Shown here one piece after another: positions 8,955 to 17,814 of a DNA stretch of 54,147 bases (position 1 is its first letter; each line of letters opens with the position of its first letter). This stretch comes from a virus (Duplodnaviria; Caudoviricetes), in the IMG/VR virus record IMGVR_UViG_3300043418_000125, positions 1-54,147 of that record; one strand, 5' to 3'. Below the pieces are notes generated by a model. That model worked only from the letters and a program-made list of their open reading frames with translations, did no database searches and was not told the origin of the DNA. The position numbers and the translations under genes are program-made.

Positions 8955-10406
8955 TTACGTCCACGCTTTTGCGGAGGCCCGTTTCACCGGACGCGCTCGC
9001 ACGTTTTTGCCGCTTCCCTCACGCACAGCCAGGCAGAGGTACTGCAAGGCGTCATGGGGATGGCTGAATCTGTCTTTTACTGGGCGGTCACGGTACCGTT
9101 CACCAGCAACCTTGAGGCGCTCGTAGCGGTACCCGCCGATAAACCCCTTGCGGAGCTGTCGGCAGTTCGGTGACAGCAGGAATCCAGGCTCACCACCCGC
9201 CATACGGTTCAGGAAGTAAGCCACTGACTCGCGTCGTGGGATGAAATCGTTGGTCTCGGCAGGCTCGGAGGCGATGCCGATTTCGAGCAGCTCCTGATAA
9301 CAGGTTCGCTCGTCTGTTGATGAACGAGAAACACCCGCAGGGTCGCCGCGCGAAATGAATTTTAAGCCAGCGTACTTGTTCATCAGCTCAGGCTTGACGA
9401 TTTCAGAAGCAAACTGACGAATGCCCATGTCCTCGGCGACAAACTCATCAAGGATGATGAGCTGACCCTTGGGAGAGAGCTGGCCAACGATGCAGGCAGG
9501 GGTCAAACCAAAGTCCCACCCCAGATAAATCGGGGCAAATCTGTTGATTTCGGGTTCTCTGTCGGCAACGTGAACCTTGTCGCTGTACTCGGGGTAGACC
9601 GGCTTACCGCTTGCGGTGGTGCCGTAGTCGCCAAGCACGAAAACCTTGATCCAGTCGTCGCCCTTGCCTGCGACCATGCGCAAGTAGTATTCGTACCCGC
9701 TTGGCAGGTTGAAGATGTTCTCGGCGTCTGGGTTCGGGATGTAGTGAACGTCGTCACCGTCCTGAACGCGCAGCAAACCGCCTGGCTGATCGAAGAACTC
9801 CCAGTTGTCAGGAGTGTCTTCCTCGGCCAGCTTGTAGTACCAGTGGTCGTCGTCTGGCGGGTTGGTATCCAAGATGATGCAGGGGTGCGTCGGGCCACCC
9901 TGCTTCAAGCTCGGGAAGCGGCCAACACGCTGCGTCACCATGTCGAAGACTTCCTTCGGCAGCTCAGACGCTTCGTTGATCCACGCGCCGGTCAATTCCA
10001 GCGAGCGCAGCTTGCCGGTGTCGTTGGCAGTCTCCATCGCAATGAAGACGACCTCCAAGTCCAGACCGATGCCGTCGCCAGTGTCCTTGATGCGGATGCG
10101 GCTCGTAATCGGCGCATCCCACTTCATCGGGGCCAGGTCATCAGGGAACCAATCGCTCCACGTTTTAATCGTGGTGGACTTGAGTTCGGGGTAGGTACCG
10201 CGAATCACAGCCCAACGCGCACGACGAACACCTTGGTACGGAACCTGTTTCAACGTATGCGCCATGATTTCCATGCAGCATGTTGAAGACTTGCCCGAGC
10301 CAACCGGCCCCTTGAGGCCGCGCACAAAGGCAGTGGATTGGTGGAAAGCTGCGGCCACAGCACCAGGTGGCGTGTAGCGGACAGCCTTGATCTGTTCGTT
10401 AGACAT
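8955..10406 (-). CDS. terL: terminase large subunit
   Basis: Walker A GPVGSGKS, Walker B GAWINEASE, coupling motif DTNPP, nuclease motifs GWDFG and HPHDALQY. Confidence 0.95.
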   Translation of the reverse strand: MSNEQIKAVRYTPPGAVAAAFHQSTAFVRGLKGPVGSGKSSTCCMEIMAHTLKQVPYQGVRRARWAVIRGTYPELKSTTIKTWSDWFPDDLAPMKWDAPITSRIRIKDTGDGIGLDLEVVFIAMETANDTGKLRSLELTGAWINEASELPKEVFDMVTQRVGRFPSLKQGGPTHPCIILDTNPPDDDHWYYKLAEEDTPDNWEFFDQPGGLLRVQDGDDVHYIPNPDAENIFNLPSGYEYYLRMVAGKGDDWIKVFVLGDYGTTASGKPVYPEYSDKVHVADREPEINRFAPIYLGWDFGLTPACIVGQLSPKGQLIILDEFVAEDMGIRQFASEIVKPELMNKYAGLKFISRGDPAGVSRSSTDERTCYQELLEIGIASEPAETNDFIPRRESVAYFLNRMAGGEPGFLLSPNCRQLRKGFIGGYRYERLKVAGERYRDRPVKDRFSHPHDALQYLCLAVREGSGKNVRARPVKRASAKAWT

Positions 10407-10412
10407 AGGCGG

Positions 10413-10709
10413 TTAATCCGCCGGTGTCTTGGGCGGAGCGGTGAAGTTGGTGTTTACGAAGAAGGCGACCTTGTTGGTCTCAATCTCGTGCTTGACGTTG
10501 GCCAAGTTGGGCAGCGTCTTGTCGAGCAGCATCTCAATGGCCTTGAGTCGAGGGCCAGTCATCTTGACCTTCGACTTGCCAAGGGCAAAGCCCTCGAGCG
10601 TGTTGACCAGTTGGGACACTTGGATCTTCTCGCGCACGGCATCGGCATGTTCTGCACGAAGCTGTTCGCGGCGGGCGCTGATCGCTTCTTTGTTTTTTGC
10701 AGTTGCCAT
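10413..10709 (-). CDS. terminase small subunit (putative)
   Basis: 98 aa immediately upstream of terL; helical, RLKAIEMLLDKTLPNL. Confidence 0.7.
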   Translation of the reverse strand: MATAKNKEAISARREQLRAEHADAVREKIQVSQLVNTLEGFALGKSKVKMTGPRLKAIEMLLDKTLPNLANVKHEIETNKVAFFVNTNFTAPPKTPAD

Positions 10710-10749
10710 GTTCGTAATGCGGCGGAGCCGAAATTAGTTTTTCAGGAAT

Positions 10750-10880
10750 CCAAAGGCTATGCAGACTGTCCGGCCCACCAGGTACCCCCAGTGGCAGTCC
10801 GCATAGCTTTTGGTGTGGCCCGTGTCGTGGGCCAGTCGGCGGGGTCAACGCGAGGAGACACCTATTACGTCCCCCGCTGC
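10750..10880 (-). promoter_or_regulatory. tandem hairpins in the late-operon leader
   Basis: 19-bp stem 10750-10768/10795-10813 with an inner stem; most plus-strand mismatches become G-U pairs on the minus strand; two further hairpins upstream. Confidence 0.55.
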
Positions 10881-11092
10881 GGTAGTTAAACCTCACCCAC
10901 CGCTTGAGGAAACACAGACACTTGTTCCATGTTGGGCACGAATGTAGTCGATTGATCCGGCATTCCACAAGACACCTTGAGGGGGTTTTTCGGTTTTTGT
11001 AGAAATCGGCAGGAGTCCCTGAATACACCCCCCTTGTTTTTCAGAATGTCCAGCAGCCCTCCCCCACCCCCTCCCCTTGGCGACAAGGGTAT

Positions 11093-11245
11093 TGGTTTAT
11101 GGTTATTGGTTCTTGGTTAATGGTTGGGATTGCGTCCGGATACCGAATCAGACCTGATCCGTATCTGATTTCAGATGCGTTTCATATCTGATTTCATATC
11201 TGATTTCATATGCGTTTCAGATGTGATTTCAGATACGAATCAGAT
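11093..11245. repeat. origin-like array: five TGGTT heptamer-spaced repeats, GGGAT, then ATCTGATTTCA/ATGCGTTTCA iterons
   Basis: TGGTT at 11093, 11100, 11107, 11114, 11121; ATCTGATTTCA at 11163, 11186, 11198, with variants at 11175, 11210, 11221; mirrors 26649-26787. Confidence 0.85.
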
Positions 11246-11650
11246 ATTCGAGGGGGAAATGAGAACTTATGTGGGTGGTACCTGAACCGAAGTAGTACAT
11301 GGCCAGAGGCGGACACGTGCGTGTGTGATACCCATAGGTAGAGGCTCAGGACGCCCGTACCTGCGCGCGCGGCCAGGCCACCCACCCGTACCCCCGCCTG
11401 CCATGCACGTGCGTATGCGGATGCACATGATGAGAAATCCGTTTCACTCCCGCATGAATACAGGGGTTTCAGGGGTGTGTGTGACGTGGATGTGACGTGA
11501 TCGGGCGCCTGCACTGCCCCTTTGGGGCTGGTCTGGTCTGGTCTGTTGGCTGTCTGTTGGTGGCTGACCGGTGCCGAAACGTGGTTTTTCGCGTGGTCGC
11601 GTGTGCAATGGCATGGCTTCTTACTTTTTCAGGGCTTTGATTCCCTTTTC

Positions 11651-11663
11651 AATCAACGCTTTA
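11651..11663 (+). promoter_or_regulatory. IHF consensus site
   Basis: AATCAACGCTTTA matches WATCAANNNNTTR, inside the 1.6-kb non-coding strand-switch region. Confidence 0.55.
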
Positions 11664-11964
11664 TTGTTTTGCGCTGTGGTTCGTATTCCCTTCTAAACCT
11701 CCTTATGCGAGTGCAGAACCTGAGCGGGCTTGGGTACAGGGTTTTTCGGGCGAAGGCTTCACGCGAAAACGGCGCAGGCACTGGGCTGGTGGCTGGTTTC
11801 AGGGTTTACAAATCCCCTTGGGATTCACCACCTACGCATACACCACGCATTAACGAAGTGGAGCGCGTGCGGTCAGGGGCAAAAGGGTTTCCGGCGAACC
11901 CCCTACGGGGAACCGACAAACCCCAACAATACCCGACAAAACTTAACGGAATTGACAAGGGGGC

Positions 11965-11994
11965 TTGACACAGTGACAAGGCATCGGTTACAGT
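11965..11994 (+). promoter_or_regulatory. sigma70 promoter for the early block
   Basis: TTGACA-18 bp-TACAGT; a second TTGACA at 11952; overlapped by ACAAGGGGGCTTGA (11955-11968). Confidence 0.7.
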
Positions 11995-12323
11995 TCAACC
12001 CGTCGATTCAAACCGACACCGCAAAAAGGCAAGCGGGATACCAAGACAGCCGGAAGCGTAGGACGCAGTAGCAAACCCCACACAGATGCAACAGGCTGTG
12101 GACACAAGAGGGATAGCGAACATAGGCCGAGCGCAGACCGCTTTGACCCATCCGTTCCAAGGGTGGCGAGTGCGATAACGGACACCGCGAGGTGGTGGGT
12201 AGGACAAACCCCACAACGCTACTCGGGGCAACTCGCCCCGTTCAACTTCACATCAAGTGCATCAAGTGCATGACATGCCTCACCGCAGCCGTGTCATGTG
12301 CTGGACGCATTACGTCTGTCCAC

Positions 12324-12337
12324 ACAAGCTCCCTTGT
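12324..12337. promoter_or_regulatory. 434-type operator palindrome ACAAGCTCCCTTGT
   Basis: perfect ACAAG-N4-CTTGT just upstream of the first early gene's RBS. Confidence 0.55.
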
Positions 12338-12357
12338 TACTCTCGAAAGGAACCCGT

Positions 12358-13530
12358 ATGTCAGATATGTTCGCCACCGCTGGCGCCTCAACCTTTTCCC
12401 TCGCCGATGACCTTAAGGGTTTATCGAAAGATAACGTCCTGAGTCTGTTCAAGTCCCTGCGCTCGGACGGAAAGATCGGCTTCGACCATGAGCGGATGAA
12501 AAAGCAAGAGTGCATCGACAAGCTCTTCGCCGACTTCCCGCACCACGCAATCGCCGACGCCATGAACCAGCACAACTTCATGCTGCCGAGTGACGTCACC
12601 GCCAAGGCGCCCAAGGCACCCACGACCTTCAAAAAACCAGCCGCCAACAAGGCCGAACTCGCCGAAAAGCTCGCCGATCTGTTCGCCAATACCGGCGAGT
12701 CGATTGACGAAGACAGAGTGCGTGCCATCGTGGATGACGCCATCGCCGATGCGGTCAAGCGTCTGGTCAATCGCATCGAGGTGAAACAGCCCGACCTTCC
12801 CGCCGTGGATGTGGGCATTCAGCACAAGCACTTCGAGACCTTGCTCAAGGCGTGCAATGCCCGTCAAGCGGATGGGCACCGCCTGAACGTCTGGCTCGTT
12901 GGCCCTGCTGGCTCAGGAAAAACGACCGCCGCCAAAATGGTAGCCAAGGCGCTCGGCATGACGTTCACGTTCAACGGCGCGATCAGCACCGAGTTTCAGC
13001 TCACCGGCTTCAAGTCTGCGTCCGGCGAGTACCAGCGCACCCCCTTCCGCGATGCTTGGGAACACGGTGGCATCTATCTGTTCGACGAGGTTGATTCATC
13101 GAACCCCGCCGCTGTCATGCCATTCAATGCGGCACTGGCAAACGGCTGTTATGCCTTCCCTGACCGCCTCGTTGAGCGCCACCCTGACTGCATCGTGATT
13201 GCCGGTGCCAACACCAGCGGCAACGGTGCCACTCACGAATATGTGGGGCGCATGAAGCAGGACAAGGCTTTTCTCGACCGCTTCGTTGAAATCGACTGGC
13301 CTGTTGACGAGAAGCTGGAGGCCGCTGTCGTGCCGAATGAGGCATGGGTGCTGCGAGTGCAAGGCGTCCGGAAACGTGCCGCCGCCCGAGGCATCAAGGG
13401 TCACATGATTACCCCTCGTGCTTCCACCTACGGTGCCGCCCTGCTGGCCGCTGGCCTGCCAATGGACATGGTTGAGCGCATGACCTTGAAAAAGGGTCTG
13501 GCTGACGACGCATGGAACGAAATCAAATAA
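12358..13530 (+). CDS. AAA+ ATPase, MoxR/CbbQ/CobS-like (390 aa from MSDMF)
   Basis: Walker A GPAGSGKT, Walker B YLFDEVD, sensor AGANT, arginine finger AFLDRF, ITPRAS; GAAAGGA RBS. Confidence 0.9.
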   Translation: MSDMFATAGASTFSLADDLKGLSKDNVLSLFKSLRSDGKIGFDHERMKKQECIDKLFADFPHHAIADAMNQHNFMLPSDVTAKAPKAPTTFKKPAANKAELAEKLADLFANTGESIDEDRVRAIVDDAIADAVKRLVNRIEVKQPDLPAVDVGIQHKHFETLLKACNARQADGHRLNVWLVGPAGSGKTTAAKMVAKALGMTFTFNGAISTEFQLTGFKSASGEYQRTPFRDAWEHGGIYLFDEVDSSNPAAVMPFNAALANGCYAFPDRLVERHPDCIVIAGANTSGNGATHEYVGRMKQDKAFLDRFVEIDWPVDEKLEAAVVPNEAWVLRVQGVRKRAAARGIKGHMITPRASTYGAALLAAGLPMDMVERMTLKKGLADDAWNEIK

Positions 13531-13542
13531 CGGAGGCTCACC

Positions 13543-14346
13543 ATGAGCAAAACAATCATCGAGCGCTTCGAATCAATCGGCGCGTTTTGTAAAACCCTCG
13601 ACGCCGTGGTCAGTGACAACGACAAGGCCAAGCGTGGCACCGACTGGAACGGGCAGGAGAGCTGGCAGGAGGCGCGTACCAACGTCCTCAAGGGCAAGCT
13701 CGACGTGGTACCCAAGGCGGACAAGCTGATCGACCAGCTCACCGGCGACTCAATCGAACTCGAACAGACACGGTGGGAATTGTCGATGGCTGGCGCATTC
13801 CCCTGCGTCCCTGCCTTCCTTGCCGACTCTCCCGAGTCCATGTTCAACCAAGTGCGCAGCCCAAGCGAGACCGCACCGGTGCGAGTCTTCGCCTCAGTCT
13901 GTTGCTCGGCTGGCGTCGATGTTGCCGACCTTGAGAAGCGCGGCACCACCATCCTCGCTCTGTGCATGAAGCTGTCCAACGTGCGACCCGTCGAGTTGTA
14001 CGTCTACGCTGACATGGGCGGCACCGGTTGGGCAGCGATCCCGATGGTCAAGGTTGAAACCTCGCCCCTCGATCTGTCCACCGCGACCTATGCACTGTCC
14101 ACCGCGGCCTTCCTGCGCCAGCTCTGCTTCTCATGGGCACATCCGAAGGGTTGGTCTGGTCAGTGGGCGTGGGACGAGTCACCGACCGCCGCCTCAAGCA
14201 TCCGCAAAACCAGCGAGGCGCTCGGCGTGGGTACAGATGACCTGCTCATACCTGGCGGGTACTCAGGCGACCCGCTCATCAACCGACCTGTTGAGTGGCT
14301 CAACGAACAGATCGCTCGATTCACCGCCACCCACGAGGAGGCGTGA
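13543..14346 (+). CDS. vWA-like partner of the AAA+ ATPase
   Basis: directly follows the MoxR-type ATPase; AGAFPCVPAFL..SPESM, then a beta-strand with degenerate MIDAS-like SVCCSAG. Confidence 0.6.
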   Translation: MSKTIIERFESIGAFCKTLDAVVSDNDKAKRGTDWNGQESWQEARTNVLKGKLDVVPKADKLIDQLTGDSIELEQTRWELSMAGAFPCVPAFLADSPESMFNQVRSPSETAPVRVFASVCCSAGVDVADLEKRGTTILALCMKLSNVRPVELYVYADMGGTGWAAIPMVKVETSPLDLSTATYALSTAAFLRQLCFSWAHPKGWSGQWAWDESPTAASSIRKTSEALGVGTDDLLIPGGYSGDPLINRPVEWLNEQIARFTATHEEA

Positions 14347-14453
14347 CTGGGGAGGCAGGGACACCCCTGCCCCTCTGCCTGTGTATTCCAACGAGTGCAT
14401 AGACAGAGGTTCGCTACCTCACACAATCAAAAACCCTGAAAGGACACCAGACC

Positions 14454-14951
14454 ATGCGACTCACAAACTACATCCGCGATGCCTTCGTAACCGCCGCCAT
14501 GCAGGACGTGCCGAAGGTTGATTACGAATCACAGATTCGCCAAGCCTACGTCGATGCCTACGTTGCCGCGATGCCGCCTGATGTGGCGAAGACATACAAG
14601 AAAAACCCCGAGTGGTTCAACCACTCATACAAGCACGTTCAAGGGGTGAACACATCCTTCCGAGTGCCTTCACCCGAGAACGCACCTTACACAGCCCTCG
14701 ATTCTCAACGAGTTGCCGCGATCAATCTGTTGGCAGAGAAGGCCAAGACACAACGCACCACCCGCAACGAACTAGCCGAGCGACTCAAGGGCATTGCTTA
14801 CGGTGCGACTACCCGCAAAGCACTGCTCGATGCACTGCCTGAGTTCGAGAAGTACCTGCCCGAAGACACACCCAAGGGTAGCCGCTCGGTACCTGCGATT
14901 GCAAACCTAGTGTCCGACTTCACCAAGGCTGGCTGGCCTGCCAAGAAATAA
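14454..14951 (+). CDS. Nmad5-like protein
   Basis: MRLTNYIRDAFV.AAMQDVP...LPEFEKYLP...ANLVSDFTKAGWP, recalled family pattern. Confidence 0.65.
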   Translation: MRLTNYIRDAFVTAAMQDVPKVDYESQIRQAYVDAYVAAMPPDVAKTYKKNPEWFNHSYKHVQGVNTSFRVPSPENAPYTALDSQRVAAINLLAEKAKTQRTTRNELAERLKGIAYGATTRKALLDALPEFEKYLPEDTPKGSRSVPAIANLVSDFTKAGWPAKK

Positions 14952-14983
14952 CAGACGAACAGATTCAACACGAAAGGAAAATC

Positions 14984-15439
14984 ATGGGACTCGATATGTA
15001 TCTCCACGCCAAGCGTTATATCTCTGCATTCAACGAGAGCGACAAGGAGCTGGCAAACGTCATCAAGGCCGAGCGCATCAAGGGCATGGATGTTCTGGGC
15101 GAACCCAAGTACATCGAATGCGAAGCGATGTACTGGCGCAAGGCAAACCAGATTCACAAATGGTTTGTTGACAACGTGCAGGATGGAAACGACGACTGCA
15201 AGGCGTACTACGTAGGCGACGACCAGCTCAGGGCTTTGCATGACCTGTGCGAGGCAGTGCTTCTTGACCGTACCCGAGCAGAGGAGCTGTTGCCTGTGTC
15301 GAGTGGCTTCTTCTTCGGCTCCGACGCATACGGCGACGGGTACTTTGCTGACATCAGCTACACACAGACACGACTGCAAGCAATCATCGAGAGCGAAGAC
15401 CTCGACGACTGGACATTTGAGTACCACGCAAGCTGGTAA
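14984..15439 (+). CDS. conserved phage protein (MGLDMYL...YWRKANQIHKWF...LLP..SGFFFGS)
   Basis: widely seen phage early-gene motif; strong GAAAGGA RBS. Confidence 0.8.
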   Translation: MGLDMYLHAKRYISAFNESDKELANVIKAERIKGMDVLGEPKYIECEAMYWRKANQIHKWFVDNVQDGNDDCKAYYVGDDQLRALHDLCEAVLLDRTRAEELLPVSSGFFFGSDAYGDGYFADISYTQTRLQAIIESEDLDDWTFEYHASW

Positions 15440-15468
15440 GCACATCACACACAACGAAAGGAAACATC

Positions 15469-15657
15469 ATGCGACTCACAGTAATTCTTGGTCTCGACCA
15501 TGTAGAACCAACAGACAAACAGTTTGAAGCTACCCGCCTGCTCGCCGAGCTGGCTGACAAACTCGCCGACAAGGGCGACCTCGCAGTGGGTGACTCGTTC
15601 GTCCTGCGTGACCCAAATGGCAACCGAGTAGGCGTGGCTGACGTCTTTGAGAACTGA
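15469..15657 (+). CDS. hypothetical protein
   Basis: 62 aa, GAAAGGA RBS, C-terminal LRDPNGNRVG. Confidence 0.7.
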   Translation: MRLTVILGLDHVEPTDKQFEATRLLAELADKLADKGDLAVGDSFVLRDPNGNRVGVADVFEN

Positions 15658-15665
15658 GGTGCGAC

Positions 15666-16028
15666 ATGACCTCAATCGTCATCACCCCATTCGACAGCGA
15701 ACATGCTGAGGAATACAAAGCGTTCATCGAAAACGAAATCGACAACGCCGACTTCGAGGTGGACATGCCTGCCTGCGTCGAGCTGCTCGATGTTCGTGAA
15801 CTCCAACGCAGCAGCGGAGAGCTTCGCACCATTGCAGTTTTCGCCACCGCACTAGCCGAGGCATTGCTATCGGTTGCTGAACAGAACGACGTGAATGTTT
15901 TAAGCATGACGTTTGAAATAGACGATGACCCAAAGCCAATGTCAGTACCGCAGGCAATCGCCATGTTCAAGGAGAAGCTGCGAATGACTGGGAAAGGTAT
16001 CGCCGAGCGCGTTGCAAATAACAAATGA
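15666..16028 (+). CDS. hypothetical protein
   Basis: 120 aa, GAGGTG RBS. Confidence 0.65.
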   Translation: MTSIVITPFDSEHAEEYKAFIENEIDNADFEVDMPACVELLDVRELQRSSGELRTIAVFATALAEALLSVAEQNDVNVLSMTFEIDDDPKPMSVPQAIAMFKEKLRMTGKGIAERVANNK

Positions 16029-16111
16029 ACAGACTCAATTTCACACTCGCAATCATCTATGCACTGGCGGTACTCGCCGCCGTGTACGACCTCATCAAAT
16101 GGAGACCATGA
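16025..16111 (+). CDS. 28-aa single-TM micropeptide MNRLNFTLAIIYALAVLAAVYDLIKWRP (not in ORF track)
   Basis: ATGA overlap with the upstream stop; fills the gap to the ATG at 16113. Confidence 0.6.
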   Translation: MNRLNFTLAIIYALAVLAAVYDLIKWRP

Positions 16112-16112
16112 C

Positions 16113-16352
16113 ATGACCGCAACCGTTGACACCGTACTCGGACTCGTTACCCGCATTGCAGAAGCCGCCATCAAGGGAGCGAAGCCGGACACGAAGGCTG
16201 CATCTGTTGCCGAGCAAGTCATCCAACTTATCGAGGCGCGAGGCGACGCCAAGATAAACGCCGTAATGGTTAAGGCACGTGAGGCATACGGCCTAAAGCC
16301 TGCAAAGAAGAAAGGTAAATCCGATGAAACGAATCCCGCCAGCCCTGCTTAA
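16113..16352 (+). CDS. hypothetical protein (79 aa from MTATVD)
   Basis: GGAG RBS; basic C-terminus. Confidence 0.6.
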   Translation: MTATVDTVLGLVTRIAEAAIKGAKPDTKAASVAEQVIQLIEARGDAKINAVMVKAREAYGLKPAKKKGKSDETNPASPA

Positions 16353-16416
16353 TCTGTTGATCTTCATCTTCATCATCTGTGCCCTCACCCTGCCGAGCGC
16401 ATTCTTCACTCACTAA
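16324..16416 (+). CDS. 30-aa hydrophobic micropeptide MKRIPPALLNLLIFIFIICALTLPSAFFTH (not in ORF track)
   Basis: AAAGGT RBS; single TM; its stop is followed directly by the next gene's RBS. Confidence 0.5.
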   Translation: MKRIPPALLNLLIFIFIICALTLPSAFFTH

Positions 16417-16425
16417 GGACTCACC

Positions 16426-16824
16426 ATGACCGCACCATTTACCACCTACCTCATCGACCCATTCGCCTGCACTATCACCGAGGTGCAGTACAGCGGACAC
16501 TACCAAGACATCTACAAGCACATCGACGCCGAGTGCTACGACTGCGCTCGACTGAACGTAGAGGGTGACGGTCTGTTCGTTGACGACGAGGGAATGTTCA
16601 AAGAGGGGACGATGTTCTTCTATCACGAGGACTACCCTCACCCACTGGCAGGCAAGGCGCTCATGCTTGGCTGCAACATGGAGACTGGCGAAACACAAGC
16701 GCCCTACACCACGCTCGATGAACTCACTCGCAAGGTCAGGTTCGTCATGCCGCTGCGTATTAATGGCGACCTCGTATGGATGGACAACGAGGGCGAACTG
16801 GTTGAGCTAGACCACGAAGCATGA
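16426..16824 (+). CDS. DUF3846-like phage protein
   Basis: YLIDP...LFVDDEG...PLAGKALMLG. Confidence 0.65.
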   Translation: MTAPFTTYLIDPFACTITEVQYSGHYQDIYKHIDAECYDCARLNVEGDGLFVDDEGMFKEGTMFFYHEDYPHPLAGKALMLGCNMETGETQAPYTTLDELTRKVRFVMPLRINGDLVWMDNEGELVELDHEA

Positions 16825-16845
16825 CACCACACACACCCCACACAG

Positions 16846-16872
16846 AGGCCGCATCAGCGGCCTTTATCTTTT
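16846..16872 (+). terminator. possible intrinsic terminator inside the early block
   Basis: AGGCCGC-ATCA-GCGGCCT followed by TTATCTTTT. Confidence 0.55.
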
Positions 16873-16892
16873 CTGCAACTCAAGGACTCAGC

Positions 16893-17612
16893 ATGACATT
16901 CAAAACGCACAACGACATTGACATCAACATCAACGGCACCTGCCTGCAAGGTGAGGTGGACGCAAGCTATGCAGAACTGTGCGCCCTGTTCGGGTCACAT
17001 CACGATGGTGATGGGTACAAGGTGGACGCCGAGTGGTACGTGAAGTTCGACGACGGGACTATCGCCACCATCTACAACTGGAAGAACGGCAAAAACTACG
17101 AGGGAGAGAACGGCCTGCCGCTCGAACAGATTGATAGCTGGCACGTCGGCGGAGACTCCGCCCAGGCTGAGACCAACGTACAGATTGCACTCGACCTGCA
17201 CCGCGAGAGCAAACAAACAGACGAAGCCAAGGGCGACAAGTTCAAGGAGGCGTTCGGCTCAGTGTTTGAAATGTTTGAGTCGATTGCAAAAACCAAAGGC
17301 GTCCCGTTTGCCCGAGTCATTGAGCTTGCGACCCACATCCGCAAGAAGCAAGAGCTTATGACCATCATGGTGAGCGGCATGGTCAGCAACGAACACATAC
17401 CAGAGGAGGCAGGCAAGGCGCTCATGGCATTGGACTCGTCAATCTCCGCCAAGATTATTTCACTGGCCTGCGACATTGGGCAACTCAAGGTCAAAGACAA
17501 AGAAGGCGCCGAGGAAATTATGAATTGGACGGAACGAATCATGGAGGCCGAGCAAGCTGGTGCAAAGAATCTGTTCGGCGATCTGTTCAAAAAGGCTGGC
17601 GCTGATGATTGA
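16893..17612 (+). CDS. conserved phage protein (239 aa from MTFKTH)
   Basis: GTCLQG..ASYAEL..LFG...GDGYKVDAEW...ATIYNWK...WHVGG N-domain plus helical C-domain; AAGGA RBS before 16893. Confidence 0.7.
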   Translation: MTFKTHNDIDININGTCLQGEVDASYAELCALFGSHHDGDGYKVDAEWYVKFDDGTIATIYNWKNGKNYEGENGLPLEQIDSWHVGGDSAQAETNVQIALDLHRESKQTDEAKGDKFKEAFGSVFEMFESIAKTKGVPFARVIELATHIRKKQELMTIMVSGMVSNEHIPEEAGKALMALDSSISAKIISLACDIGQLKVKDKEGAEEIMNWTERIMEAEQAGAKNLFGDLFKKAGADD

Positions 17613-17814
17613 ACTCACCGTACAGCGTGGCTATGTGACCGCCTCAGTGGCGGCACAGATTGAAGGCGTCACTCGCCAAGCAATTAACCAGCGACTCAAG
17701 CGAGGGCGCATCAAAGGCGCGTTCCTCATGGATTGCGGGGATGGCAGAGAAGTCTGGTGCGTCCCTCGCAAATCACTCAAACCAAAACAGGAGAAGGCAG
17801 ATGAATCAAATTGA
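17605..17814 (+). CDS. small HTH DNA-binding protein
   Basis: YVTASVAAQIEGVTRQAINQRLKRGRIKG; excisionase/MerR-like HTH. Confidence 0.7.
   Translation: MIELTVQRGYVTASVAAQIEGVTRQAINQRLKRGRIKGAFLMDCGDGREVWCVPRKSLKPKQEKADESN

Noticed and set aside
11093-11245. CRISPR mini-array
   Set aside because: Repeats are 7-12 bp and contiguous, with no unique spacers; they match the initiator iterons instead
11425-11450. Hammerhead-like ATGATGAG..GTTTC words
   Set aside because: Lacks the CTGANGA core and the flanking stems
10534-12442. ORFs called in the 1.6-kb gap (10534..11028, 11206..11514, 11522..11968, 11730..12071 and others)
   Set aside because: No RBS, atypical composition, mutually overlapping, and they run across promoter and repeat elements
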